56,205 nucleotides of DNA from Prolixibacteraceae bacterium (GCA_007116765.1 SKHV01000088.1:1-56205); one strand, 5' to 3'; shown: positions 30,008 through 41,356, counted from the first letter of the stretch. Made by a program: numbers and translations. Notes: generated by a model not told the origin, from the sequence alone.

Positions 30008-33000
30008 ATGAAAAAGAATAATTTAGTTTTAAGCATATTACTTTTATTTTTCTTCATCTGCACTCAAAATAGTGTATTGGCCACGCAAAACAATAATGCA
30101 ATACCGCCAAGCACCTTCGAAAAGGCTATTGAGCTATACAATTCAGCAAATTACATAGCTGCCGAACGACTTTTTAACGACCTGCTTGAAGAAACATCCA
30201 CTAACGATCCGGCACGATTCGATATCGATTATTATCGCCTGATGTGCTACGTGAAACAAAATAAAGCGGCTAGTGAATCTGAAATCTCGGCATACCTGAA
30301 CAACCACCCTGAAAACCCGCGTGCAAACCAGCTTCAATATGAGTTAGCCAAATTACAATTTACCAACCGGCGTTATCCACTGGCCGTTCGCTCGTTCAAC
30401 AACGTTAAGCCTGAGCAGCTAAACGAAAATGATCGCGATGACTTTCATTTTTTTAAAGCTTACAGCAATTTTGAGGCAGGCAATACAAATCAAGCTTCAC
30501 AGGGATTTTTCGAAATTAAACAAGGCCGATCACGTTATGCTCCTTCTTCCTCTTACTACTGGGGATACATTAACTACCTCGAAGGCAATTACAATACAGC
30601 ACTTGAAGAGTTTTCAAAACTCCAGAATAACCGCGAATTTCACAACTTTATTCAATACTACACCATACAAATTTATTATTTGCAAGAACGTTATGAAAAC
30701 GTAACAGCCATGGGCGACGACCTGTTGGTTTCAGCCCCGGCTGATCAAAAAAACGAATTATATAAAATAATTGGAGACTCGTATTACCTTATGGGGAAGT
30801 ACATTGCGGCCATCAAATACCTCGAATCATACCAAGGCATTAACGGACGAAAAACCGCTGAAGATTTCTTTAAGTTGGGTTATTGCTATTATCACATGAA
30901 AGATTACCCAAAAGCTATTGATGCATTCGAAAAAGCCACTGTTGGTAAAAACCAGCTTACTCAATTGGCCTACTACCACCTAGCCGATTGCTACCTTCAG
31001 AACGATGAAAAAAATAAAGCCCGCATAGCATTTGAACAGGCATCAAAATTTGATTTCGATTCACAAATTGAAGAAAATGCACTATTCAATTACGCCAAGC
31101 TTACTTACGAACTATCATATTCACCTTTTAACGAAACCATAAAAGCATTTGACCAGTATATTGCCAAATATCCCGATTCAGAACGCAACGATGCTGCTTT
31201 CGATTATTTAGTGAAAGTGTACATGACTACACGTAATTACCGCGATGCAATAAGCTCAATCGAAAATATCAAGAATCAATCGCCGGCAATAAGAGAAGCA
31301 TTACAACGAGTGACTTACTACCGTGCACTTGAGCTTTTAAATGATGGATATTATACCGGAGCACTTGAGATGTTCAACAAGTCGCTGCAAAATTCAACTT
31401 ACAACCGCACCATAAGGGCTCAGTCCTTATACTGGAGTGCTGAAACGAATTACCGCCTAGCTCAATACGAGCGTGCGATTGAACGCTACACCGAGTTTCA
31501 GTCGTCGCCCGGAGCATTTAGCCTGCCGGTATTCAGCAAAGCCTATTACAATGTCGGCTACTCCTACTTCAACCTTGAAAATTACCCCGAGGCTATTTCG
31601 TGGTTCAGAAAATATTTAAACCAAAGCAAAAAAGAAGACCGCATTGAAGCCGATGCAGCCAACCGTATTGGAGATGCATATTTCATTAACAGACAATACA
31701 GTGCTGCCATTGAGTTTTATTCAATTGCCAGAGATCTTAACACCTATGATGCCGATTACTCTATTTTTCAGATAGCACTTTGTCATGGACTTAACCGCGA
31801 TTTTGATGAAAAAATCGAATCGTTGCAAACCCTTGTCAATCAATATCCACGCTCACCATTCATCGAAGATGCTATTTTTGAAACTGCACGTACATACGAA
31901 CGTAACGGAAACATGCCATTGGCAATTTCGCACTACGAAAAGCTCATTCAAGAAATGCCTCAAAGCAGCCGAAATGCCAGGGCGTATTTACAGTTAGGTC
32001 TCATATATTTTAACCAATCAAACTTCACTGCCTCGCTCGCGAATTACAAAAAAGTAGTAGAACATTTTCCAAATTCAGAAGAGGCACAAGCTGCTTTAGT
32101 TGGCATCCAAAACAACTACGTAGACATGGGCAACGTTGACGAATACTTTGCTTATGTTGAAAATCTCGATTCGCACATAGCCGTTTCGGCCGACGAGCAA
32201 GAATCGGTCTATTATATGGCAGCCGAGAAAAACTACATGGAAAGAAACCCAACTGCAGGCGATATGATGAAAGAATACCTGAAGCGTTATCCTAACGGCT
32301 TGTACCGCAACAATGCGCTTTTCTACCTCGCCGAAACACACTACGACAAAGGCGAATACTCTACTTCGCTTACAATATATCAGGAGTTACTTGAAAGGCC
32401 CGATAATATATTTACAGAACAAGCACTTATTAAAGCCAGTGAATTATTATTTAACACCGAAAAATACGATGAATCGCTGAGAAAATTCCTGAAGCTCGAG
32501 AAAATTGCAGGAACTCGCTGGACTCAACTAAGAGCACGACTCGGAATTATGCGCTGTAATTATGCGTTAAGCAAACCTGCCGAAACGGTCAAAAGTGCTA
32601 TAACACTACTCGAAACCGATAACATTACCGAGCTAATGATTCGTGAAGCGAACTACAAACTCGCTAAATCGTACTATTTACTTGAAGAGGAAACTCAAGC
32701 TTTGAAATATTTCAAGCTTCTGGCTCACGACGTAAGCTCTATTGAAGGAGCAGAATCGAAATATTTTATTGCACAGATATATTTTAATCAAGAGAAACTC
32801 GACGATTGCGAAAACGAAATAATGGATTTCATTAGTAAAAGTACTCCACATCAATACTGGCTTGCACGTTCATTCATTTTACTTTCTGATGTTTACAAAG
32901 CCAAAGAGGATTTATTTCAGGCTAAACATACACTCAACAGTATAATCAATAATTACACAAGTGAAAACGACGGAATTATTGAAACTGCAAACAGCAAAAT

Positions 33001-33058
33001 TGCTCAAATAGAAGAACTCGAAAAACAAACAGTAATCACCAACGACAATAACGAATAG
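30008..33058 (+). CDS. Large secreted tetratricopeptide-repeat protein
   Basis: Signal peptide then about 1000 aa of continuous TPR repeats (YYxGxxYY...A), ending YWLARSFILLSDVY...FQAKHTL. Confidence 0.9.
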   Translation: MKKNNLVLSILLLFFFICTQNSVLATQNNNAIPPSTFEKAIELYNSANYIAAERLFNDLLEETSTNDPARFDIDYYRLMCYVKQNKAASESEISAYLNNHPENPRANQLQYELAKLQFTNRRYPLAVRSFNNVKPEQLNENDRDDFHFFKAYSNFEAGNTNQASQGFFEIKQGRSRYAPSSSYYWGYINYLEGNYNTALEEFSKLQNNREFHNFIQYYTIQIYYLQERYENVTAMGDDLLVSAPADQKNELYKIIGDSYYLMGKYIAAIKYLESYQGINGRKTAEDFFKLGYCYYHMKDYPKAIDAFEKATVGKNQLTQLAYYHLADCYLQNDEKNKARIAFEQASKFDFDSQIEENALFNYAKLTYELSYSPFNETIKAFDQYIAKYPDSERNDAAFDYLVKVYMTTRNYRDAISSIENIKNQSPAIREALQRVTYYRALELLNDGYYTGALEMFNKSLQNSTYNRTIRAQSLYWSAETNYRLAQYERAIERYTEFQSSPGAFSLPVFSKAYYNVGYSYFNLENYPEAISWFRKYLNQSKKEDRIEADAANRIGDAYFINRQYSAAIEFYSIARDLNTYDADYSIFQIALCHGLNRDFDEKIESLQTLVNQYPRSPFIEDAIFETARTYERNGNMPLAISHYEKLIQEMPQSSRNARAYLQLGLIYFNQSNFTASLANYKKVVEHFPNSEEAQAALVGIQNNYVDMGNVDEYFAYVENLDSHIAVSADEQESVYYMAAEKNYMERNPTAGDMMKEYLKRYPNGLYRNNALFYLAETHYDKGEYSTSLTIYQELLERPDNIFTEQALIKASELLFNTEKYDESLRKFLKLEKIAGTRWTQLRARLGIMRCNYALSKPAETVKSAITLLETDNITELMIREANYKLAKSYYLLEEETQALKYFKLLAHDVSSIEGAESKYFIAQIYFNQEKLDDCENEIMDFISKSTPHQYWLARSFILLSDVYKAKEDLFQAKHTLNSIINNYTSENDGIIETANSKIAQIEELEKQTVITNDNNE

Positions 33059-33095
33059 AATCAATTCACGATAACAAGCTTAAAATTTTATACTT

Positions 33096-34841
33096 ATGAA
33101 ACCGATTCTTAGCACAATAATAATAATAACTATATTTTTATTCTCACTCACATCGGCAATGGCGCAAGTCGACTCGTCGCTTGTAAAGGAAGTTGAAGTG
33201 GTTAAAGCATACATGCCCTCGGTGGCAAATGCCCAAAAAATCAGTGCAAACCCACTAATTTCCGACACAATAACGTACACTCCCGAGTTTGACTATCAAA
33301 TTTATTCACGCGAAATACCGATTGATAAAAGCATTAATCATCTTCCGGTAGTAAAATTGGGTGCTTTGCCGCGATACAGCTCAAACATAGGACACTTAAG
33401 GGCTGGTTTTGGAAATGCCCTGACACCCTACGGTGAACTTTTTATAAACAACTCCCCTACCCGCAATACCGACTTTGGCATGCATCTGTACCATTTTTCA
33501 TCGCAACCTACAGTGAAGATCAATAACGATTTTAAGGTAAAAACACCCTACAGTAAAAATATGGCACGCATTTTCTTCCGCAACAACCTCAGAAGGGCGG
33601 CTCTCGACTGGGACTTGTCGTATTTACGCGATCGTCAAAACTATTATGGTTTCCCCGAAACAGATTCACTCATATACGTGCATCAGGAACTTAATTCCGA
33701 AACCCTCAACATGAAACAGGTTTTCAGTACCGTTTCGGCAAAAACAAACATCCGAAATACCAATGCAAGAGCGAATCTCGACTACAACATCGGACTCAAT
33801 TATAATTACCTTTGGAATGCGACAGGACAGTCGTCGCACCATGCCGGATACAATGGTTTATTTTCCCGAAAATACCGCAGCCACAACTTCAACCTGAATA
33901 CCTATTTCGATTATTACAACGACTTAAATATTGAGCACAATTTTGACGAAACACTTACAAACCATCAGTTTTTCAATGTGAAAATGAGCCCCGACATTTT
34001 TTTAAAACGAAATAACATTGAACTGTTAGCCGGTTTCAATCTGGCAACTCTCATTGGTGCCGACAGCATTCTAATGTGGCACATTTCGCCAAAAATTGAC
34101 TTTACTTATAATCCTCTCGACGGAGCCTTATCCTTATTTGCCGGTGCAAACGGAGGCTTTAATGCAAATAACTACATGCAGGCATATCAAAATAACCAAT
34201 ACATGAACTATATGCTCGACCTAAAACCTTCTGAAGAAATAATTAACATCTACGGTGGATTTAAAGGCACTATCAGCAATGCCATTGCATACAAGTTCAG
34301 TGTAGCATATTCAATCAATCAAAACGAAGCATACTTTTACCAGCAGCGAAACGAAAGTGCACGTGACACTATTGTTCAAAACATGTTTAGTGCCGACTAC
34401 GACGATGTGAACCGTCTTACCCTTGGAGGTAAGCTCCGTTACAGCAAAAACAATGTGACGATTGATTTGAGAGGAAACTATTATGTTTACGAATCGAAGT
34501 ATTTACGCACTTTGTCGCATATGCCTGATTTCGATGCTGAATTAAATGCATTAGTTGCCATTACTCCTAAAATAACAGCCAATTTAAATGCTACTGTAAT
34601 TGGTCCCCGAGAAGCCATTTATAAACAAAACAGGTTTTTTACAACTCCGTTTGACGAACCAATCGAAGTACACCACTTAAATACCATAATCAACATCAGC
34701 CTGGGTGCCGATTATGCCTTAAGTAACAAACTGAATTTCTTCATTAATGCACAGAATATTCTAAATCAAAATTACGAATACTGGCACGGATACAACAGTC
34801 CGGGTTTGCTAATTATGCTTGGTGCTCGATACACATTCTAA
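33096..34841 (+). CDS. Outer-membrane beta-barrel protein (TonB-dependent-receptor-like)
   Basis: Signal peptide ending AMA|Q, amphipathic beta strands, NILNQNY motif, terminal GARYTF beta-signal. Confidence 0.8.
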   Translation: MKPILSTIIIITIFLFSLTSAMAQVDSSLVKEVEVVKAYMPSVANAQKISANPLISDTITYTPEFDYQIYSREIPIDKSINHLPVVKLGALPRYSSNIGHLRAGFGNALTPYGELFINNSPTRNTDFGMHLYHFSSQPTVKINNDFKVKTPYSKNMARIFFRNNLRRAALDWDLSYLRDRQNYYGFPETDSLIYVHQELNSETLNMKQVFSTVSAKTNIRNTNARANLDYNIGLNYNYLWNATGQSSHHAGYNGLFSRKYRSHNFNLNTYFDYYNDLNIEHNFDETLTNHQFFNVKMSPDIFLKRNNIELLAGFNLATLIGADSILMWHISPKIDFTYNPLDGALSLFAGANGGFNANNYMQAYQNNQYMNYMLDLKPSEEIINIYGGFKGTISNAIAYKFSVAYSINQNEAYFYQQRNESARDTIVQNMFSADYDDVNRLTLGGKLRYSKNNVTIDLRGNYYVYESKYLRTLSHMPDFDAELNALVAITPKITANLNATVIGPREAIYKQNRFFTTPFDEPIEVHHLNTIINISLGADYALSNKLNFFINAQNILNQNYEYWHGYNSPGLLIMLGARYTF

Positions 34842-35130
34842 ACTGTGGAAAAAAGAAGGTTAAGTTGTTAAAATCTTTTACTTTAAAACCCACTTTTTCT
34901 TAGGTGCAAAAGGTTTAAATTAGTATATTTACACACTATTTTAAACAGAAATAATTTTGATTGTAAAACACTGAATATCAAAGCAAATATCTCATTCTGC
35001 GAAATAACTTTTTCAAACTTAATTTTTCATGTTTTCTAAGCATGGAAATTCTCAACTATTTCAAAAATAAAAGGGGAATAAGCAGAATGTTTGCGCTGTG
35101 ATTTTACATCAGTAAAAAACAATAGAGTCA

Positions 35131-37095
35131 ATGAGTGAACAAGAAAAAAACCAGGTGACTGAGCAAAACGGCTATTCGGCTAACAGTATTCAAGTACTGG
35201 AAGGCCTCGAGGCGGTACGTAAACGCCCTGCAATGTACATTGGAGATGTTAACGAAAAAGGGTTGCATCACCTCTTATATGAAGTGGTAGACAACTCCAT
35301 TGACGAGGCGATGGTAGGCTACTGCAACAACATTGACGTAATCATAAACGAAGACAATTCGATTACAGTAACCGATGACGGACGTGGAATTCCTACCGAG
35401 ATACACACAAAAGAAAACAGGTCGGCACTCGAAGTAGTAATGACCGTGCTGCATGCCGGAGGTAAATTCGACAAGGATAGTTACAAAGTATCTGGTGGGC
35501 TTCATGGCGTGGGTGTTTCATGCGTGAATGCGCTATCATCTTATCTTAAAGCAGAGATACACCGCGATGGAAAAGTGTTTGAACAAATTTACCACAAAGG
35601 GAAACCTGAAGAGCCAGTAAAAGTAATCGGAGATTCTGACAGAACAGGTACCATAATAACCTACAAACCCGATGATACTATTTTTCTTGTTACCGAATAC
35701 AAGTATGAAATACTAGCTGCCAGATTACGAGAACTGGCCTTTCTGAATGCGGGATTAAAACTAAGCCTAATCGATAAGCGCGAAATAATCGAAGACAATG
35801 GCTTCCGATCTGAAACTTTCTTTTCCGAAGAAGGATTAAAAGAATTCGTAGAGTATGTTGACCAAACACGAGAGAAACTTATTGACGACACCATCCATAT
35901 TTCAACCGAGAAAAATAATGTACCGGTTGAAATTGCACTACATTACAACACCTCGTTTACTGAAAATATTCACTCGTATGTAAACAACATCAATACAATT
36001 GAAGGGGGTACTCACCTAACCGGTTTCCGCAGGGGACTTACACGCACACTAAAAACCTATGCCGAAAAATCGGGAATGCTCGACAAACTCAAATTCGATA
36101 TTAGCGGCGACGATTTTCGCGAAGGGCTTACCGCAGTTGTTTCAGTAAAAGTTGCCGAGCCACAATTCGAAGGGCAAACCAAAACTAAATTAGGAAACTC
36201 CGAGATTAGCGCATCGGTTGATCAGGCAGTAAGCGAAATGCTTGCCTATTATCTCGAAGAGCATCCTAAAGATGCTAAACAAATTGTGCAAAAAGTAGTA
36301 CTGGCTGCTCAGGCTCGCCATGCGGCACGTAAAGCCCGAGAGCTTGTTCAACGCAAAAATGTAATGACCGGTGGCGGGCTACCGGGCAAACTGGCCGACT
36401 GTTCTGACAAAGACCCTGTAAATTGCGAAATATTCCTTGTTGAGGGTGACTCAGCAGGTGGAACTGCAAAACAAGGTCGCTACAGAAAATTTCAGGCTAT
36501 TCTACCACTGAGAGGTAAAATTCTCAACGTAGAAAAAGCTATGCCGCACAAAGTATTTGACAGCGAAGAAGTTCGAAATATTTTCACTGCTTTAGGCGTT
36601 CATATTGGAACCGAAGAGGACACAAAAGCACTCAATATTAGCAAACTAAGGTACCACAAAATAATAATCATGACCGATGCCGATGTGGATGGAAGCCACA
36701 TTGCAACACTTATCATGACACTGTTTTTTAGGTACATGCAAGAGCTTATTAAAGAAGGATACTTATACATTGCCACACCTCCGCTTTACCTTATTAAAAA
36801 AGGAAATCGAGAAGAATATGCATGGAACGAGCAACAAAGGCTTCGTATAATTGACGAAATTGCAGGCGGTAAAGAAAGTGCAGTACACGTTCAGCGTTAC
36901 AAAGGTCTGGGTGAGATGAATGCAGAACAATTATGGACTACAACCATGCAACCCGATACACGAACACTAAGACAGGTTACCATTGAAAATGCAGCTGAGG
37001 CCGATCATGTTTTCTCAATGCTAATGGGAGATGAGGTTCCACCACGTCGTGAGTTTATCGAGAAAAATGCAACATATGCCAATATTGACGCATAA
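35131..37095 (+). CDS. gyrB: DNA gyrase subunit B
   Basis: LEAVRKRPAMYIG, EVVDNSIDE, HAGGKF, SGGLHGVG, VEGDSAGG, PLRGK, MTDADVDG, RYKGLGEM. Confidence 0.98.
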   Translation: MSEQEKNQVTEQNGYSANSIQVLEGLEAVRKRPAMYIGDVNEKGLHHLLYEVVDNSIDEAMVGYCNNIDVIINEDNSITVTDDGRGIPTEIHTKENRSALEVVMTVLHAGGKFDKDSYKVSGGLHGVGVSCVNALSSYLKAEIHRDGKVFEQIYHKGKPEEPVKVIGDSDRTGTIITYKPDDTIFLVTEYKYEILAARLRELAFLNAGLKLSLIDKREIIEDNGFRSETFFSEEGLKEFVEYVDQTREKLIDDTIHISTEKNNVPVEIALHYNTSFTENIHSYVNNINTIEGGTHLTGFRRGLTRTLKTYAEKSGMLDKLKFDISGDDFREGLTAVVSVKVAEPQFEGQTKTKLGNSEISASVDQAVSEMLAYYLEEHPKDAKQIVQKVVLAAQARHAARKARELVQRKNVMTGGGLPGKLADCSDKDPVNCEIFLVEGDSAGGTAKQGRYRKFQAILPLRGKILNVEKAMPHKVFDSEEVRNIFTALGVHIGTEEDTKALNISKLRYHKIIIMTDADVDGSHIATLIMTLFFRYMQELIKEGYLYIATPPLYLIKKGNREEYAWNEQQRLRIIDEIAGGKESAVHVQRYKGLGEMNAEQLWTTTMQPDTRTLRQVTIENAAEADHVFSMLMGDEVPPRREFIEKNATYANIDA

Positions 37096-37114
37096 AGCAT
37101 ATTAACATTTTAAT

Positions 37115-37159
37115 AATAAGTCATTGTGTTCAACAACTTGCGCAATGACTTATTCTTTA
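37115..37159 (+). terminator. Stem-loop / probable intrinsic terminator after gyrB
   Basis: AATAAGTCATTGTG...CGCAATGACTTATT 14-bp stem (one G-U) followed by CTTTA. Confidence 0.65.
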
Positions 37160-37186
37160 TCATAAACCACTTTCAATTTTGCTTAT

Positions 37187-37774
37187 ATGAATGTTTGCGT
37201 TTTTTGCTCATCGAGCAATGCTGTTGACAAAATTTATTTTGATCAGTCCGAAGAACTTGGAGCATTAATTGCCCGGTCGGGTCACACATTGGTATACGGA
37301 GGTGCCAACGTGGGTTTAATGGAGCACATCGCACAGGCAAGCAAAAAAAACATGGGCAAAATAACAGGAATAATTCCTGAGAAGATACATGGCAAACTAC
37401 TCGGTTCAACTCACCCCGACGAGCTTATTATTACCCCCACGATGGATGCACGAAAAAATAAAATGCGCGAATTATCGGATGCCTTCATTGCCTTACCGGG
37501 AGGCTTTGGAACACTCGAAGAAATACTCGAGGTAATAACCCTGAAACAACTCGATTATCACCGGAAAGCCATTGTATTCATCAACACCAACAAATTCTTC
37601 GATATGCTCTTTCTACAGTTCGAGAAATCATTCGAAGAGAAATTTGCCAAAGAAAATTATCGTACACTATATAAAATTGTAAACAATGCCACCGAAGCGA
37701 TAGAATATATTCAGAATTACGAAGAATCCACACATCAGGACAAATGGTTCATCGTTCCCGAAAAGGAAGAGTAA
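37187..37774 (+). CDS. LOG family nucleotide phosphoribohydrolase (TIGR00730-like)
   Basis: VCVFCSS, LVYGG..VGLM, RK, ALPGGFGTLEE signature. Confidence 0.9.
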   Translation: MNVCVFCSSSNAVDKIYFDQSEELGALIARSGHTLVYGGANVGLMEHIAQASKKNMGKITGIIPEKIHGKLLGSTHPDELIITPTMDARKNKMRELSDAFIALPGGFGTLEEILEVITLKQLDYHRKAIVFINTNKFFDMLFLQFEKSFEEKFAKENYRTLYKIVNNATEAIEYIQNYEESTHQDKWFIVPEKEE

Positions 37775-37785
37775 AAAACCGACGG

Positions 37786-38592
37786 CTATTCAAAACCATT
37801 GAAGTTAATCTCGTCAAGATTAATATTTCCTTCAAAAACTAAACAAGCAGGTCCAGTAAGCCAAATATCCGTAAAACGGTCACCTTCACGCTTGAAGCTT
37901 ACATCAAGTTTACCTCCTTTTGCGGTGATACGAAAATTTCCCTCGTGCTTTCCGGTTTTATAAGCCGCACTCAAGGCCGAGGCGGTAATACCTGTTCCGC
38001 AGGCAAGTGTTTCACTCTCAACTCCTCGTTCGTAGGTATAAACCGTAAGTTGATTGTCTTTTTGTTTTACGAAATTCACGTTTGTACCTTCGGGCTGAAA
38101 GCGGGCATCGAAGCGCAATTGGCGGCCTTCAATATCCACATCAACCATCTTCAAGTCGTTAACAAAACACACAAGATGTGGAACTCCGGTATTCAAAAAA
38201 TAACCGTCGGCAAGTGAACTAACATTTTCCACATCCAACATTTGCAAACGCACATTGTCATTTGGTGATAAAAAGGCCTGATGAGGACCATCGGCAGCAA
38301 TAAAGTTAGCTTCGCCAGATATTATTCCGAGCTTGTTTGCAAACGCAACAATACAGCGTCCTCCATTTCCACACATACTGGCTTCGTAACCATCAGAGTT
38401 GAAATACGACATGTGGAAATCAAACTCAGCTGATTTCTCCAGAGTGATTAATCCGTCGGCACCAATACCAAAACGCCTATGGCATAAAAACGCAATAAGT
38501 TTTGCATTGGTTTTGTCAAAAAAACCCTTTCGGTTATCAATAATAATAAAATCGTTACCGGCACCGTGATATTTATAAAAGTGACAATTCAT
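37786..38592 (-). CDS. dapF: Diaminopimelate epimerase
   Basis: KYHGAGNDF, GIGADG, MCGNG, NTGVPH, GTNVNF, ERGVESETLACGTG. ATG at 38592 preferred. Confidence 0.96.
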   Translation of the reverse strand: MNCHFYKYHGAGNDFIIIDNRKGFFDKTNAKLIAFLCHRRFGIGADGLITLEKSAEFDFHMSYFNSDGYEASMCGNGGRCIVAFANKLGIISGEANFIAADGPHQAFLSPNDNVRLQMLDVENVSSLADGYFLNTGVPHLVCFVNDLKMVDVDIEGRQLRFDARFQPEGTNVNFVKQKDNQLTVYTYERGVESETLACGTGITASALSAAYKTGKHEGNFRITAKGGKLDVSFKREGDRFTDIWLTGPACLVFEGNINLDEINFNGFE

Positions 38593-38623
38593 AATCAATA
38601 AGATTTAGAAATATTTAGAAAAC

Positions 38624-38653
38624 CAAATATACGTTAGCAAAAGTTAACACAAA
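38624..38653 (-). promoter_or_regulatory. Bacteroidota promoter for dapF
   Basis: On the - strand: TTTG (38653-38650), 18-nt spacer, TATATTTG (38631-38624). Confidence 0.55.
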
Positions 38654-38785
38654 AGGCTTTAGGCGGTTAAATAGTGTTAAACAAGAGCTGTCAAAACGAC
38701 ACATTGAAACAAGAGGAACCATTTTTGCGTTCACCTTTAAATGAAAATAAAAATACGAAGATAATAACTATAAAACAGTATTAAC

Positions 38786-40222
38786 ATGAAAAAAATTCAA
38801 AACATTATCGCATCAGTAATTTTTGCCGTAATAGGTGCATTGATTGCCCTTTTTGTGTATACCAACTATATCGAAAAACCAAAAATTGTAACAATTACCG
38901 AACCTGCTCGTGATACACAATATGTCTCGCTTCCATCGGCACCGCAGGGGCTTGACTTAACCATTGCGGCCGAAAATTCGGTTAAAGGGGTGGTTCATAT
39001 CCAAACACAAGTACAACAACGTAGCTATTCAAGTGGCAATCCCCTGTTCGATTTCTTTTTCGGAGATCCCCACAGACAACAGGAACCACGTATGCAACAG
39101 GCATCAGGTTCGGGTGTAATTATATCTTCTGACGGATATATTGTAACCAACAACCATGTAATTGAAAGAGCAGACAATATTCGCATCACACTTAATAACC
39201 ACGATGAATATGACGCACTATTAATAGGAAGAGATCCTTCAACCGACATTGCTTTGCTAAAAATTGAAGCTGATAATCTGCCCACAATCCCATGGGGCAA
39301 CTCCGACAATTTAAAACTTGGAGAATGGGTATTGGCAGTTGGAAATCCTTTCAACCTTACCTCAACGGTTACTGCGGGTATTGTGAGTGCAAAAGCACGA
39401 AGCATAAGAATCATAAGCGACCAGCTCCCCATTGAGTCGTTCATTCAAACCGACGCTGCTGTGAATCCGGGCAATAGTGGTGGCGCATTGGTAAACACAA
39501 GAAGCGAACTAGTGGGAATCAATACTGCAATAGCCTCACGCACTGGCTCTTATTCAGGCTATTCGTTTGCAGTACCCACGAGCATAGTGCGCAAGGTTGT
39601 AGAAGATTTAAAAGAATTTGGCGAAGTGCAACGTGCCATACTAGGGGTAACTATACGTAACATGAATGCAGAACTTGCAGAAACGCTAAAAATGAAAAAA
39701 GTAGAAGGTGTTTATGTTGAAACCACCCCTGACGACGGTGCAGCACAGGAAGCCGGAATTAAACCGGGCGATGTAATACTTTCGATTAACAAGGTGAATG
39801 TTAACACAATAAGCGAATTGCAGGAGCAGATTAGCCGCTACCGTCCCGGCGATAAAGTAAATGTAATTGTAAAAAGAAGCAATAAAGAGAAACTTTTAAC
39901 GGCTACATTACGTAACATAAAAGGGAATACTGAAATTGTTAAAAATAACCTAACTCTACTGGGAGCCGAGCTCGAAGCTGTTGACCAAAACTTGAAAGAC
40001 AATCTGAACATCCAAAATGGATTAGTTGTTAATAAACTAGAAAAAGGAAAATTAAAAGATGCCGGTATTCGCGAAGGCTATATTATTACTCATGTAAACA
40101 AACGTGCAGTAAACAGTATACCTGATATTCAAGAAATCCTGAATGTATCGCGAGGTGGTATTCTAATTGAAGGAAAATATAAAAACGGAGAAGACGCATA
40201 CTACGTTTTTAGTCTTGATTAA
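38786..40222 (+). CDS. degP: DegP/HtrA (Do) family serine protease with PDZ domains
   Basis: GSGVII, TNNHV (His), TDIALLKI (Asp), QTDAAVNPGNSGG (Ser), two PDZ-like C-terminal domains. Confidence 0.92.
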   Translation: MKKIQNIIASVIFAVIGALIALFVYTNYIEKPKIVTITEPARDTQYVSLPSAPQGLDLTIAAENSVKGVVHIQTQVQQRSYSSGNPLFDFFFGDPHRQQEPRMQQASGSGVIISSDGYIVTNNHVIERADNIRITLNNHDEYDALLIGRDPSTDIALLKIEADNLPTIPWGNSDNLKLGEWVLAVGNPFNLTSTVTAGIVSAKARSIRIISDQLPIESFIQTDAAVNPGNSGGALVNTRSELVGINTAIASRTGSYSGYSFAVPTSIVRKVVEDLKEFGEVQRAILGVTIRNMNAELAETLKMKKVEGVYVETTPDDGAAQEAGIKPGDVILSINKVNVNTISELQEQISRYRPGDKVNVIVKRSNKEKLLTATLRNIKGNTEIVKNNLTLLGAELEAVDQNLKDNLNIQNGLVVNKLEKGKLKDAGIREGYIITHVNKRAVNSIPDIQEILNVSRGGILIEGKYKNGEDAYYVFSLD

Positions 40223-40263
40223 ATTTATTTAAATCCATTCTTTTCTTTAATGTGGATTTAAGA

Positions 40264-40295
40264 TTTGATTAAGAGTAATGAAAGATATATATTTG
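40264..40295 (+). promoter_or_regulatory. Consensus Bacteroidota housekeeping promoter for rpoD
   Basis: TTTG (40264-40267), 20-nt spacer, TATATTTG (40288-40295), 20 nt before the ATG. Confidence 0.75.
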
Positions 40296-40315
40296 CGCGT
40301 TTTTAAGAGAAATAA

Positions 40316-41176
40316 ATGAGACAGTTAAAGATCACAAAATCAATTACCAACAGAGAAAGTGCTTCGCTCGACAAGTACTTGCAAGAGATTGGTAAAGAAG
40401 AGCTTATTACCGTTGAGGAAGAAGTTGAGTTGGCTCAGCGGATTAAAAAGGGAGACCATGCCGCACTTGAAAAATTGACACGAGCCAACCTCCGTTTTGT
40501 GGTATCGGTTGCAAAACAATACCAAAACCAAGGCTTAAGCCTGCCCGACCTCATCAACGAAGGAAACCTGGGCTTAATAAAAGCAGCTGAGAAATTTGAC
40601 GAAACACGTGGTTTCAAATTTATTTCGTATGCAGTATGGTGGATTCGTCAATCGATTTTGCAAGCTCTGGCTGAACAATCGCGCATTGTACGTTTGCCTT
40701 TGAACCAGGTAGGTTCGCTAAATAAAATCAACAAAGCATTTTCGAAATTTGAGCAAGAGCACGAACGCAAACCATCGCCCGAAGAATTGGCCGACAGTTT
40801 AGAATTACCCGCAGAAAAAGTTGCCGATACGCTCAAGGTATCGGGACGTCATATTTCTGTTGATGCTCCTTTTGTGGATGGTGAAGACAATAGCTTGCTT
40901 GATGTACTGCCTAATACCGATTCGCCCAATGCAGACCGCGCACTGATTAATGAGTCACTGGCTAAAGAAATTGACCGCGCCCTTACCACTCTAACCGAAA
41001 GAGAAAGTGATATTGTACGCTTGTTTTTTGGAATAGGATGTCAGGATATGACCCTTGAAGAAATTGGCGAGCGCTTTGGACTAACACGCGAAAGAGTAAG
41101 GCAAATTAAAGAAAAAGCAATAAGGAGATTGAGACATACCTCACGTAGTAAATTGCTCAAAACGTATTTGGGTTAA
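40316..41176 (+). CDS. rpoD: Primary RNA polymerase sigma factor, Bacteroidota SigA type (no region 1.1)
   Basis: [16 protein letters not shown]-terminus, [33 protein letters not shown]...TRERVRQI. Confidence 0.95.
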   Translation: MRQLKITKSITNRESASLDKYLQEIGKEELITVEEEVELAQRIKKGDHAALEKLTRANLRFVVSVAKQYQNQGLSLPDLINEGNLGLIKAAEKFDETRGFKFISYAVWWIRQSILQALAEQSRIVRLPLNQVGSLNKINKAFSKFEQEHERKPSPEELADSLELPAEKVADTLKVSGRHISVDAPFVDGEDNSLLDVLPNTDSPNADRALINESLAKEIDRALTTLTERESDIVRLFFGIGCQDMTLEEIGERFGLTRERVRQIKEKAIRRLRHTSRSKLLKTYLG

Positions 41177-41196
41177 ATAAATACTCTTTTATTAAT

Positions 41197-41242
41197 CGAA
41201 AAAAGGATATTATACAAATGTAAAATATCCTTTTTTCGTTTT
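41197..41242 (+). terminator. Intrinsic terminator after rpoD
   Basis: CGAAAAAAGGATATT...AATATCCTTTTTTCG inverted repeat followed by TTTT. Confidence 0.85.
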
Positions 41243-41356
41243 ATATTGATTTATAACTGGCTATCGACTTGCTTCATTGTTAATTCACTAATAAAACACA
41301 TTCAAAAAAAAAATTCTATTTTTCATATAACATGCTGATAACATATATATTATTCT

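Noticed and set aside
34842-35130. Long AT-rich region before gyrB considered as oriC or a structured leader (hairpin near 35021-35050)
   Set aside because: Only one imperfect DnaA box, no box cluster or dnaA gene, and a weak AT-rich hairpin.
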